A stretch of 64,000 nucleotides of DNA from Candidatus Spyradenecus sp. (lineage in GTDB: Bacteria > Verrucomicrobiota > Kiritimatiellia > RFP12 > DVOR01): contig JAZUPT010000019.1 in the NCBI GenBank assembly GCA_045605345.1, positions 64,603 to 128,602 on the forward strand, given 5' to 3'. Of this stretch, positions 20,693 to 30,221 are shown in pieces. Within the stretch, counting starts at the first letter, position 1. The number at the start of each line of letters is the position of its first letter. Under the pieces are notes generated by a model. It did no database searches and was not told the DNA's origin. It saw nothing but the letters and a program-made list of their open reading frames with translations. The position numbers and the translations under genes were made by a program.

Positions 20693-21921
20693 AACTACCT
20701 GAAGTTCGTCCAGGAGAGCGGTGGGGGCTCTGTTTAAGTGGGGGAGCAGACTCCACTGCACTGCTCTTAAAATGCTTAGAAGTCGGCTTCCCGATGGTCG
20801 CGCTTCACTTCAATCACGCCTTTGAAGATGAGGAGGGGGACGCCGATGAGGTCTTCGTTCGGGAGCTGTGTGCGACACGAGGGGTAACCTTGCGTGTGGG
20901 ACGTTGTACAGAACCGTGGACAACGCGAGAGACGAAGGAGGTCTTTGCGCGTCGCCATCGTATGAATTTCTTTGCGGAGTCGGCACAAGAATTGAAGTTG
21001 ACGGGTTTGCTTTTGGCGCATCATGCCGGCGATCGAGCGGAGAATGTCGTGTTGCGTTTGGCACGCGGGTGTGGCGCAGAGGGATTGACGAGTTTTGGAT
21101 TTGAGAATCAAGCACCGTGGGATGCGCGATTAAAATTGGTGCGACCGCTTTTGGATGAGACGCATTTGGATCAGGTAAAGTGGTTGGAGGCGCGTGGTCA
21201 AACGTGGAGAGAGGATGTTTCAAATGCCGATTTGTCAATTCCACGTAATGCAATTCGCGCTGCATTGCCAGGGGTTTTGCCACACTTTGTTGCAGGGGTA
21301 AATGCGGCGGCAGATGTCCTTTCTGAGGAGAATGCGTTTATCGCGGCGTGCGCGGAGGCGAGTGTGATTCACCGCTCTGCGTGGCGCTTGGAGGTGAAAC
21401 CTGCGGTACATCCAGTCTTGTTGCGACGGATTTTGCGTGGATGGTTGGGTGAATTAACGCGTCGGCAAACCGAAACGCTCTTAATGCTTCCGCAAAACAA
21501 CACGGCGACGGTCTCAGGCAATCGCGTGATTGTGCGCCTTTCAGACACGCAGTGGCAGGTGCGTCGAGCTGAGGCATCGCCCGCGCCGCCAATGCTTACG
21601 ATTACTTCGCCTGGTGTATATCGCTTTGGGAATTGGCAAATTACGGTGGGAGATGACGCTGCGCAACTGCGCCTGCCCTTGCCACTCACCGTCCGTTCGC
21701 GTCAGGCTGGGGATCGTTTTCGGCCACGTGGGTTGCGCGGTTCGCGAAAGATTCAGGATGTTTTGACTGATTTGCGTGTGCCCGCTACTGCTCGAAATGG
21801 TTATCCGCTCTTTTGTGATTGTGCGGGGACGATTGTAGCAGTGCCTGGAATGCGTCCTGCAGCAGTGCCAGAAGGTGTGGAGACGGTGGGAATTACGCTT
21901 CAGCGTTTGGATGAGTGCTGA
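20689..21921 (+). CDS. tilS: tRNA(Ile)-lysidine synthetase
   Basis: PP-loop motif CLSGGADSTALL; 410 aa; its start overlaps the GH20 stop by 4 nt. Confidence 0.85.
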   Translation: MKLPEVRPGERWGLCLSGGADSTALLLKCLEVGFPMVALHFNHAFEDEEGDADEVFVRELCATRGVTLRVGRCTEPWTTRETKEVFARRHRMNFFAESAQELKLTGLLLAHHAGDRAENVVLRLARGCGAEGLTSFGFENQAPWDARLKLVRPLLDETHLDQVKWLEARGQTWREDVSNADLSIPRNAIRAALPGVLPHFVAGVNAAADVLSEENAFIAACAEASVIHRSAWRLEVKPAVHPVLLRRILRGWLGELTRRQTETLLMLPQNNTATVSGNRVIVRLSDTQWQVRRAEASPAPPMLTITSPGVYRFGNWQITVGDDAAQLRLPLPLTVRSRQAGDRFRPRGLRGSRKIQDVLTDLRVPATARNGYPLFCDCAGTIVAVPGMRPAAVPEGVETVGITLQRLDEC

Positions 21922-23315
21922 ACGAAGTCGCGTAGATGACCTGCGAGCGCCGCCGCGCCTCTGAAGAGGTAGGCGGGATGTTTTGCTGCGCGAAGGATTT
22001 GGCGCAGAATGGCCATTGGGTGCAAAAAGCCCCGATAGGTCTCCGCGATGCAGGCGCGAATCTCAGCCTCTGTCATCGGAGATTTCATCACAGGTGAACG
22101 CATATCGTAGGCTTCCCAATCACGCGTAAGGAGTTGGTCCGCTTGATCTAATGCCTTAAAGAGAGGCGTGCCAGGATAGGGGACAAGCCACGTTGCTTGT
22201 AAAGTTGCAGCGCGTCCAGTGCGGAGAAATTCACGTCCGAGTGCAACCGTTTTGGCGGCATCGCTTGCCGTCTCCCACGGATAACCAAACATTAGGGTAA
22301 TATGCACATCCAGCCCTGCGGCAGAGGCCGCCTTTGCCCCATCATAGATTTGCTGCACGGTGAGACCTTTGTTGAGCTTATCAAGCGTGGATTGATTGGC
22401 AGATTCCACGCCGAAGAGTACGAGGCGGAAGCCCGCGCGGCGCATGTGTTTGTACTCTTCCGCTGAGAGTGCGCCGAAGCGCATATTGCAATCAATTCGT
22501 ACTTTGCGGTGATAACCGCGCGTAATCATTCCCTCACAAAAATCCTTGAGCCACTTACCTGTTGGTAAACTGCCCGCATCGTCCATGATTTCTTTGACGC
22601 CTCGGTCAATTAAAGCGCCGATTTCATCCAAGACCTGCTCCACCGGGCGGACGCGATAGGTGGGATAGAGCGTTGTCCATGCGCAAAAGGTGCATTTGCC
22701 GTGCCAACAATCTCGTGCGCTCATGATATACGCGCCGGGCGTCTTTGCGAAGTTGCCATTGCGATAGGCGTAGTCTTCCCAACGGGTTAGGTCGCGATCA
22801 ATCTGCGGAAGCATTGAAAGATCCACTGGAATCTCGCGCCCCTCCAACCAAGAGAGCAGGGCAAAGTCATAGTCGCCACCCTTAAGTGCCGCATCCACTA
22901 CGCCACTTCCAAGCACCTCTTCTGGGCATGCCGTGACATGGTCGCCTGCCATAACAAGACGGCATTGGGGGAGGCGCGCTTTGAGTTGGGCCGCCCATGC
23001 TAAATGAAATCGTACCACAGGCGTCTTTGTCTCAAGGAATACCACGTTGGGCGCCCACGCCTCAAGTTCTTTCCAAAAGCGCTCAGACGTCATTGAACGT
23101 GCGATCCCGTCCAACCACAATACGGCATAACCACGCGACTGCAAGAGCGTCGCAGCACTTGCAGGGACCACGGGATAGATTGCGGTAGGATGGCTAAACC
23201 ACTGAAACTGGCGGTTCTGCGAGAGTAAAGGCACCCCCTTCTCCGACGGAATCGGCGGATAACAAAACGCAACGCGACAAGCAGGTGAAGAAGTCTGTGT
23301 ACTCACGCCCCACAT
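21900..23315 (-). CDS. B12-binding-domain radical SAM protein
   Basis: 471 aa; CWHGKCTFCAW (a Cx4Cx2C-type cluster motif) following an N-terminal cobalamin-binding-like region. The stop overlaps the tilS stop (convergent orientation). Confidence 0.7.
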   Translation of the reverse strand: MWGVSTQTSSPACRVAFCYPPIPSEKGVPLLSQNRQFQWFSHPTAIYPVVPASAATLLQSRGYAVLWLDGIARSMTSERFWKELEAWAPNVVFLETKTPVVRFHLAWAAQLKARLPQCRLVMAGDHVTACPEEVLGSGVVDAALKGGDYDFALLSWLEGREIPVDLSMLPQIDRDLTRWEDYAYRNGNFAKTPGAYIMSARDCWHGKCTFCAWTTLYPTYRVRPVEQVLDEIGALIDRGVKEIMDDAGSLPTGKWLKDFCEGMITRGYHRKVRIDCNMRFGALSAEEYKHMRRAGFRLVLFGVESANQSTLDKLNKGLTVQQIYDGAKAASAAGLDVHITLMFGYPWETASDAAKTVALGREFLRTGRAATLQATWLVPYPGTPLFKALDQADQLLTRDWEAYDMRSPVMKSPMTEAEIRACIAETYRGFLHPMAILRQILRAAKHPAYLFRGAAALAGHLRDFVQHSSKR

Positions 23316-23448
23316 TATAGTCTAAACCCACCCCATTCGTCCTGCCTTTTTCAAAAAAAGCAGGTGGTTGGATTAGGAATGTTATGTAGAAGAATCCGAA
23401 AGAAGCAACGCACGAGCGCGCCTCTTTGAACGGATGATTGGACGCAGT

Positions 23449-24155
23449 TTAGAGCGTTACAGGTGCGCTCATAAACGTTTGTCGGGTGGCACCCTTCTCC
23501 TGTTGGAAAAGCAGTTGAATTGTGGTGCCAGTGGGGTAATCTGCGCTATTGAGCGAGAAAAGTACCTCTTTGCCAGACTTCTTTTGCAGAATGGGCGTAA
23601 TCGCAGTGCGCTGTTGGTCAACAATGACAAACCACTTCGCCTGTTTCCCCAATTGCTCACAATACAAATGACGCCCATTCACCAGAACAAACGTAGTCTC
23701 CCCAGAAGGCGTTACTTCCACGTCACGCAGTTCAGGAGTTGTAATGGCATCAACCTTTTCAACCGTTACACCCTCTAACGCATGACGCAAGCGTGACCCT
23801 GCAGAGACCGAAACTAAGAGCTGATGTTTGCTACTATCAAATGCTTCGTCTTTGGTTGTGAAAGCACCTTTAATGGTTGGGCGAAAGCGCATAACGGAGC
23901 CAAAATTAACCGAGCGGCCATGGCGAAGATTGTCAATGATGACATCCATCATCTGTTCGGCTATGCCCAAAATTTCATGTTCAGCATACTTTGATCCTTC
24001 GCGAACCATCTGCTGGGCGATGGTTTTTAAGCTTGCCGGGTGGATTTCAGCTCTTGCTGCATAATACTGTTTCCCGCGAACCAAATATGGCAACGGGATT
24101 AATCAATAAGCGATGTTAGCAATCGTATTGCGAACATTTAAAAGACGTGGACTCA
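23449..24155 (-). pseudogene. HU-family DNA-binding protein with a C-terminal DUF4469-like domain, interrupted by an in-frame TGA
   Basis: ATG at 24153-24155 (RBS GGAGG upstream) encodes MSPRLLNVRNTIANIAY, then an in-frame TGA, then the same frame continues LIPLPYLVRGKQYYAARAEIHPASL... to 23449. The ORF track restarts at a TTG codon at 24093. Confidence 0.5.
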
Positions 24156-24277
24156 TAAGTAACCTCCATACGAACGTAGAACAAATACATTTAATAATGT
24201 AACCTTGCGCTCATCATATCACAATCCTGCCACTTTTACTGTTCAGTTTGTTACAAACTCAAATCCAGTTTGTTACA

Positions 24278-24560
24278 TTTCATTTCTTCAATACTTTGTA
24301 CCATATTTGCCGTGCCGTAACTTATTCATTTACAATAACTTATTTTGAATATTTTATGGCAGGCAATTTTAAGTTTAAAATCAGTACAATTTGTACTATT
24401 CATGCAAAATTTAAACAGTACAATTTTTTTGGGGGCCAATTATTTAAAGGGGAAATTTCCTCTCGGGAAGAAATCTTAAACAGTACAATTTTTAGCCGGG
24501 GACTTTTTAGACCTGTTTAGAAAATTCTAGAAAATAGTACGAAGGTCCGAAGAAGTGAAA
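24278..24560. mobile_element. MITE-like non-autonomous element, copy 1 (283 bp) with terminal inverted repeats
   Basis: Near-identical to 31178-31459. Ends are TTTCATTTCTTCAATACTTTGTAC ... GTACGAAGGTCCGAAGAAGTGAAA (about 17 of 24 terminal positions inverted-complementary). Contains AGTACAATTT three times and the palindrome GGAAATTTCC. Confidence 0.6.
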
Positions 24561-24759
24561 AAGGGCGAGACCCTTGAAGAATATGGTACCATATTGATGA
24601 GGAAAATGGTACCCTATTCTTCGGCAATATTAGCCTTTTTCAAACGCAGAAAGGGTTGTTTTCGTTTTCAATATTAGCCTTTTTGATTTTGAAAATGGGT
24701 ACACTTATTTTTTTGATTTTGTGAGGGGGCGTTTCTTTCGTCAAATTAGACTCTTTTGC

Positions 24760-24800
24760 AGAGAGAAAAAGAAACGCCTCCCCGACATCCGGAGAGGCGA
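24760..24800 (-). terminator. Rho-independent terminator of the minus-strand lipoprotein operon
   Basis: Stem CGCCTC ... GAGGCG with loop CCCGACATCCGG, followed on the minus strand by TTTCTTTTTCTCTC. Confidence 0.55.
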
Positions 24801-24823
24801 TGGATCAGTGGTCGTTTATGGGA

Positions 24824-25447
24824 TTACCAGCCGATGGAAGAACCCTTGCCGCCCTGCTTTGCCATATCAACCGACTTCTGGAAGACGGTGCGACGCTGGC
24901 GATTGTTGAGGCGAATTTGGAAAGTATAATTCTTCTCACGCAGGTCTGCATTGGCAGCCGTGAGCAGATTGATGGTACCTTCCATGTAGAAGTCTGCTGC
25001 GTCATCTCTATTCACGGCGACATCATTCATGAAGGCGTCTTCCTTATTGGCAGCAATTGCTCCGGCATCGTTTGCCACGATTTCAACGAGTCCGCTATTG
25101 AGCAGGTCTTCATTGATACGGCCTGCAATCTGAGCCAGGTCAATGGACAAATCTGTTTTATTGATAATGCTGCCGACATTAATCACAGGCAGACGACCAT
25201 TCTTTTTCTCAAAATTAACAATGTGACCATTGTTGAGCATGGCTTGCGTGAGCTGACCTGCAGCATTCTTGAAGTCCTGCAAGTCCACACCCATAGAGGT
25301 GATCGCTTCTGTACCACCTGCAACAATACGACGGGGCTGCTGTGCAACACAGCCCGTCAAAAATACACCAAGTAATGCGCAACCTGCTAAAAATGCAATG
25401 TTTTTCATCTTTTGAGTTCCTTTTTTAATGTGTACGGTTTTTATCAT
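24824..25447 (-). CDS. LpoB-like lipoprotein (penicillin-binding protein activator LpoB/YcfM family)
   Basis: Lipobox LAGCALLGVFLTGC; C-terminal pattern ADFYMEGTINLL ... YTFQIRLNN, resembling LpoB. Confidence 0.55.
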   Translation of the reverse strand: MIKTVHIKKGTQKMKNIAFLAGCALLGVFLTGCVAQQPRRIVAGGTEAITSMGVDLQDFKNAAGQLTQAMLNNGHIVNFEKKNGRLPVINVGSIINKTDLSIDLAQIAGRINEDLLNSGLVEIVANDAGAIAANKEDAFMNDVAVNRDDAADFYMEGTINLLTAANADLREKNYTFQIRLNNRQRRTVFQKSVDMAKQGGKGSSIGW

Positions 25448-25485
25448 CCGATAATTTCTTCAGGGAAACTGCCGCATGAAGAAGA

Positions 25486-25908
25486 TTAGTTATCGGCATT
25501 CAACAATTTAATGCGGAAGTCCCGCGCCTCACGCGAAGGTGCAGTAAAAGAAAGACTCCGGCTTTCACGCGCTTCAAAGACATATTGCTGCCAGCCACCT
25601 CCTGCGGTGTCAATTTTCATCGCAGCAGCATCGTACCACTCCATCTGCGCATTCACCGTCAGGCGATTACGTGTAAAGTTTTCCATTTCGAGCTGCACGC
25701 GAAGTAATCCTGCTGCATTTTCTGCAGTATTAATCCGTACTACGCCAAAATCATCTGCGAAGTTCAAATCGGTATCCACGCGACTGTCACGAATAATATT
25801 CATCGCAGCAGACTTATTTGCATTTTCTACCGTATTGACAGAAACACCTGCGCAGCCCACCATCAGGAACATCCCAATGCAAGCCGCACAAAAAAGAGCT
25901 TGTTTCAT
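25486..25908 (-). CDS. YcfL-like small lipoprotein
   Basis: 140 aa, lipobox MVGCAG, size and context (next to an LpoB-like gene) as in ycfL-lpoB operons. Confidence 0.45.
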   Translation of the reverse strand: MKQALFCAACIGMFLMVGCAGVSVNTVENANKSAAMNIIRDSRVDTDLNFADDFGVVRINTAENAAGLLRVQLEMENFTRNRLTVNAQMEWYDAAAMKIDTAGGGWQQYVFEARESRSLSFTAPSREARDFRIKLLNADN

Positions 25909-25954
25909 ACGTATTCCCTTTCCTTACTGTTGTTGCTGAAATAATAACATAAAA

Positions 25955-27388
25955 TCAACGGATCTTGAATGCCATCACGCAGGCTTTACTATTCGCATGC
26001 ATCGTGCGTACACAGATGACCCACACCTCTCCGGTTTCAGGCAATGTAAGTGTTTGCAAGGTACGCCCGTCCTGCGTAATCGTTACCTGACGATCAGCCG
26101 GCATGTCAATGCGTCCCACACCGATATGCTTCGGCAAAGCATTCCAACTGCGTGTATCTGCCGTAGCTGTGCCATATTGATAAAGTGCAGTCCCAAGCAA
26201 TGCAGCAATCTGCATATAGGTATTACCACTCTGACGTGCAGCGTAATTCGCAGCATACGAAGCGACCGCTTTCGCAGTAGCAGAAGCAATCGCACGTGTC
26301 AAAATGCCAGGATAATCATTATCATATTCCTTGGCAATGACCGCCTCCATGTCGCAAACCAGCTCAGCTACGCCTACTTGACCACCTCCACGAAGGGTGG
26401 CAAAGGGGCCAACATTCTTGTCAACCTTCAACTTCGGCAAGGCGATGCTGACAAAGGAGAAGGTTCCACCAGCATAGATGGGCAGCAGGATTGAGAACTC
26501 TTCACGATAAGGCGCCATCCCATTCTCATGGAAAAGATACACCCCAGCTGGAATTTTTGCACCAGCATTGAGGCGTTCAACATCCTGACGAATAGTCTTA
26601 TTTTCAGGTGCCATTGAAAGCGCACGTGTCATGCGGAACCGCGCCATTTCACGATCTGCATCATCCACACCTGCATAAAGGTGATAAAACGCGTAGAGAT
26701 ACTCCGAGAAAGGATTCACATACAGTTCATACCCGCGTGTATCAGGTAACTCTTTCATGATTTCATCGGTGGCCTCAGCCATCTCTCCGCTCGAGGATGT
26801 CTTGTCAATACTTGCGCTATTTTCGTCTTTTTCAACCGCCTCACGCGTCTTTTCAATACGCTCGGCATTCACTGCGACAATCTCTTTCTGATGATTATCC
26901 AATCGCACCAGAGGTTGACGCGCATCAGCAATTTTACCTGCCTGTAACGCATTCAAAGCCTGGTAGGTATTCACCATCAAAATATCCGCCCCAGAACCAC
27001 GATACGGCAATGTTGCAGGATTGGTCAAAAGTGAAATTCCTTCGCGGCTGATAGAGACCTTTGCCATGTTCTGCCAATAATCATAGATGCGTTCAGCGCG
27101 ATTGAAAAAGGCCTGACTCGCCCTTTCACGCCCTGCTGCACGCGCAGTAGCACCAGCCTCTAAAAGAAGCACAAGCGTATCTCGCCCATGTTCATCTTCA
27201 GCACCATCCTCAGCCATGTCACTGATCAGTTCCACCGCCCTGTCCGTATCGCCAGTGCCAAACACCTGACGATATTCTGCAACGCGCTCTGAATAGCTCG
27301 CGCAGCCCACCATTAAACCCATCCATATCAGCGACAAAGCCACCCCAAAGGTGCGTTTTGTCCGCATCATTGCTTGAACTTTTGTCAT
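25955..27388 (-). CDS. Lipoprotein of 477 aa, the COG3014-like partner commonly found with LpoB-like and YcfL-like genes
   Basis: Lipobox LMVGCAS, helical/TPR-like N-terminal region. Translationally coupled to its neighbours. Confidence 0.4.
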   Translation of the reverse strand: MTKVQAMMRTKRTFGVALSLIWMGLMVGCASYSERVAEYRQVFGTGDTDRAVELISDMAEDGAEDEHGRDTLVLLLEAGATARAAGRERASQAFFNRAERIYDYWQNMAKVSISREGISLLTNPATLPYRGSGADILMVNTYQALNALQAGKIADARQPLVRLDNHQKEIVAVNAERIEKTREAVEKDENSASIDKTSSSGEMAEATDEIMKELPDTRGYELYVNPFSEYLYAFYHLYAGVDDADREMARFRMTRALSMAPENKTIRQDVERLNAGAKIPAGVYLFHENGMAPYREEFSILLPIYAGGTFSFVSIALPKLKVDKNVGPFATLRGGGQVGVAELVCDMEAVIAKEYDNDYPGILTRAIASATAKAVASYAANYAARQSGNTYMQIAALLGTALYQYGTATADTRSWNALPKHIGVGRIDMPADRQVTITQDGRTLQTLTLPETGEVWVICVRTMHANSKACVMAFKIR

Positions 27389-28284
27389 TCTTTCTTCTCC
27401 ATGGGTTTAACCTGCGAACCGACGGATGCACGTGTATCACCGATTAATTCGCCCTGTGCATAGTCAGATTCTACATCCGTAATCTTTACTGTGCCCATAG
27501 GACGCCCCTTAATCTTACGCGTGACACCCGTATCAGGATCGGTTACAGTGCGCGTCTTGCCATAAACTTTACAGACATCACCGACCTTAAAAATGCCTTC
27601 GCCGGCATTAATCGTAACGTAAATCTCGTCCACATCAATAATCTTGGGCGGGAAAGTTGCGGCGATTAAGAATTTCGTACTTGCCTCAGCCATTTCGCGT
27701 GTCAGTTTGGGCAACATTGAATCAAACCGTCCAAAACGACGATTCGAGGTGTTGGAAACATCGGCAATATCCACCTTTTCAAGTTGCTGATTCGACGCAT
27801 CAATAATTTCAGAAGTGCTTGTATCAATCACACGCATCTGAGTAGAGAGTTGATAACGTACCTTCGCACGATGTACACCATTGAAAACAGCTACATCCGT
27901 GACCTGTTGGAAAGCATCAATTGAGACGATTAAAGCATACTCTCCACCAATCATCTCATTAGCCTGAGCACCTTTTTTCGCCACCAACCCTGCTTCATCA
28001 AGAGCCTGTTCACGAAGCAACTCTTCCAAAGCATCCGAACGCTCCAGAACACGATACTTGCGAGAGGAAACAATCTCAGAGATCAGATGTTCGTCCAAAC
28101 TCTCAATCACGCGCCCCAAAAGCTGCGCACGTTCATCATGCGCCACCTCAGCCTTCAGCGAATCATTCGCGGTAACGCGCGCAACATAGAGCGTCTTCTG
28201 CTGCGCCAAAGCAATCACCGGCATCATCACCGCCAGTGCTAACCATTTTAAACTGCCAGATTTCATCGTTAATCCCCCTTTCAA
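27385..28284 (-). CDS. CsgG/HfaB-family lipoprotein (curli-type secretion channel-like)
   Basis: KTLYVARVTANDSL ... ISEIVSSRKYRVLERSDALEELLREQALDEAGL ... GGEYALIVSIDAFQ follows the CsgG family pattern. Its start overlaps the upstream gene's stop. Confidence 0.6.
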   Translation of the reverse strand: MKGGLTMKSGSLKWLALAVMMPVIALAQQKTLYVARVTANDSLKAEVAHDERAQLLGRVIESLDEHLISEIVSSRKYRVLERSDALEELLREQALDEAGLVAKKGAQANEMIGGEYALIVSIDAFQQVTDVAVFNGVHRAKVRYQLSTQMRVIDTSTSEIIDASNQQLEKVDIADVSNTSNRRFGRFDSMLPKLTREMAEASTKFLIAATFPPKIIDVDEIYVTINAGEGIFKVGDVCKVYGKTRTVTDPDTGVTRKIKGRPMGTVKITDVESDYAQGELIGDTRASVGSQVKPMEKKE

Positions 28285-28285
28285 A

Positions 28286-29530
28286 TTACTTCATTAACCA
28301 GTCAATAAACATCGGCGCCTGCCCTCCGACCACATCTGGCAGTTTATCCGCCTTAATCTGCAAACCACTCTGCTCAAGCATCTTGGCATGGCCCAAACGC
28401 TGAGCCATCTCCGCCTGACTCTGTTCGCGTTCAATCGTCAAATCATGCATAAACTGAATCGAATCCTTTACACGGTTGTATTCCTCATCTGTCATCCGCA
28501 TATTCACCGAAAGCGCCAACCCTTCACTCGGCACAACAGACATCGTGACATCATCATACCCCTCACGCGAGAAGCGCACCTTATGTACACCGCGAGAGAG
28601 ACGTAATGTACACCCAGTCGTACCACGCGCCACCCCATCGACCTCTACTGTCGCAGCCACCTCCGTGGGAATACGATCATTCAAAATGGAATTATCCTGT
28701 TTCAACGCCGGCAAGTAAATTGGCTTATTATTCATATCGTAAGCCAAAACCGTAAACGAAACCGGAATGCCACTCTTCTCTAAAGAAGCCTCACGCCACG
28801 CAGGAGCCTTCTCACGAATCTCTTCTGCCATCGCTGCTGCAAGTTCTTCTTCTAAACCATCGGCGTACTCGCCAAATTCCTCATCGGTAAAGGCCGTCTT
28901 ACGCATTGAAATCTGCGCCTGTAACGTACCCCCATCAAAAGCACTGCCCGTGTAAACATCCGCAATGCGATACGATGCAGAAATCTTGTAAATTTCATTT
29001 ACAATCTGTACATCCGAATTATCCGTTGCCTTACCAAAACGACGATCCCGCAATCGACGCACATTTTTTGTAAACCTGTCAAGCGTCACCGTCAGCAGAT
29101 AATCTGCGCCAGCATTCGCTGCCAAATGCATCCGTGATGTATCCCCCTTCAACTTCTCATCCTGCGTCGGTAAAGCCCGCCCCTTCTCATCATATTCCCG
29201 GCGAGACTCCATAGCAAAAACGGCATCATCCATATCGATGACCTCCACATTCGCTCCGGCAATCTGTGCCCCCACCTGAGAAGCCAAAACCTTACAAACC
29301 TTATCAAATTCCTTTTTACCCGTAATATTTTTCACCATCAACGCCACCACATGGGCCCTCGGCTCTGCCGGTTTCTGCGCCTTCACCTCTACATCATACG
29401 CAGCTTGCACCTTCAATTCCGTGCCGTCTTTCAACCGCAAAGAGACCGGATCTGCTGTAGCCGTCACCTTCTCCGCGCACAAAATAGAGGCGGCAACCAT
29501 TCCGTAAAACAAACAAAGCGACCGTTTCAT
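28286..29530 (-). CDS. Secreted protein with a C-terminal PEGA domain
   Basis: C-terminal VEVDGVARGTTGCTLRLSRGVHKVRFSREGYDDVTMSV is a PEGA-type motif; N-terminal signal peptide present. Confidence 0.55.
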   Translation of the reverse strand: MKRSLCLFYGMVAASILCAEKVTATADPVSLRLKDGTELKVQAAYDVEVKAQKPAEPRAHVVALMVKNITGKKEFDKVCKVLASQVGAQIAGANVEVIDMDDAVFAMESRREYDEKGRALPTQDEKLKGDTSRMHLAANAGADYLLTVTLDRFTKNVRRLRDRRFGKATDNSDVQIVNEIYKISASYRIADVYTGSAFDGGTLQAQISMRKTAFTDEEFGEYADGLEEELAAAMAEEIREKAPAWREASLEKSGIPVSFTVLAYDMNNKPIYLPALKQDNSILNDRIPTEVAATVEVDGVARGTTGCTLRLSRGVHKVRFSREGYDDVTMSVVPSEGLALSVNMRMTDEEYNRVKDSIQFMHDLTIEREQSQAEMAQRLGHAKMLEQSGLQIKADKLPDVVGGQAPMFIDWLMK

Positions 29531-29550
29531 CTCCTCTTTCCTCCTTACAA

Positions 29551-30099
29551 TTAAAAAGAACCATAAATGATGGGGAAAAAGCCTGGCGTTGTATTCGTAA
29601 TCACATTCACTACGCCAATCTGAATCCCACGTGCACCCTCTGCATAATTAATCACACCAATCTGCAAACCTTTAAGGTAATACGCACAGTTAATCACGCC
29701 AATCTGCAAACCACGCACACGCGAAACACTGTTCAGTGCACCCACCTGCAAACCTGCAAAATCCGCTTCCACAGTATTGAGTAACCCCACATCCAAGCCC
29801 TTCATGTTCACACACCGCCCATAAATCGGTGAAATGCGAATCCCACGCACATCCCAATCACCCCAGGGCAACTGAATCGGCGCAAGAATCCCAAGCGACA
29901 ATGGGGTCGTATTGCCATCCATCAAACTGAAATCTGCGCCACTTCCTCCTGAAGGTAAAGGTTTCGGCTGATCAGAAGGTTGACGCGTCGCAGTCCAATG
30001 ATACGTTGCCCCTTCCTGCCCGCTCCCTTCAGCAAAAAGTGTCCCACCCGAAAAACAAATCGTACTCACCAAAACAAAGCATAAAACCCATTTAAACAT
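29551..30099 (-). CDS. Secreted repeat protein with GlQiGxxN repeats
   Basis: Signal peptide; repeats GLQVGALN, GLQIGVIN, GLQIGVIN, GIQIGVVN. Confidence 0.5.
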   Translation of the reverse strand: MFKWVLCFVLVSTICFSGGTLFAEGSGQEGATYHWTATRQPSDQPKPLPSGGSGADFSLMDGNTTPLSLGILAPIQLPWGDWDVRGIRISPIYGRCVNMKGLDVGLLNTVEADFAGLQVGALNSVSRVRGLQIGVINCAYYLKGLQIGVINYAEGARGIQIGVVNVITNTTPGFFPIIYGSF

Positions 30100-30221
30100 C
30101 TTTCACCTCAACCTTCATCACTCCACCAATGTACACCATGTACATTACCCTAAAGAGCGATTCTGCAAAAAGAGTACATCATTTTCAGACCACTGTCAAT
30201 ACAAATCCACTCCGCACCCAC

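Noticed and set aside
24094-24155. TGA recoding (an alternative genetic code) as an explanation for the in-frame stop in the HU-like gene.
   Set aside because: TGA terminates full-length, well-conserved genes elsewhere in the window (for example tilS at 21919-21921), so the standard code applies.
24800-25375. A 191-aa plus-strand ORF.
   Set aside because: Antisense to the LpoB-like lipoprotein gene. No signal peptide or motif, and it lacks the operon context.
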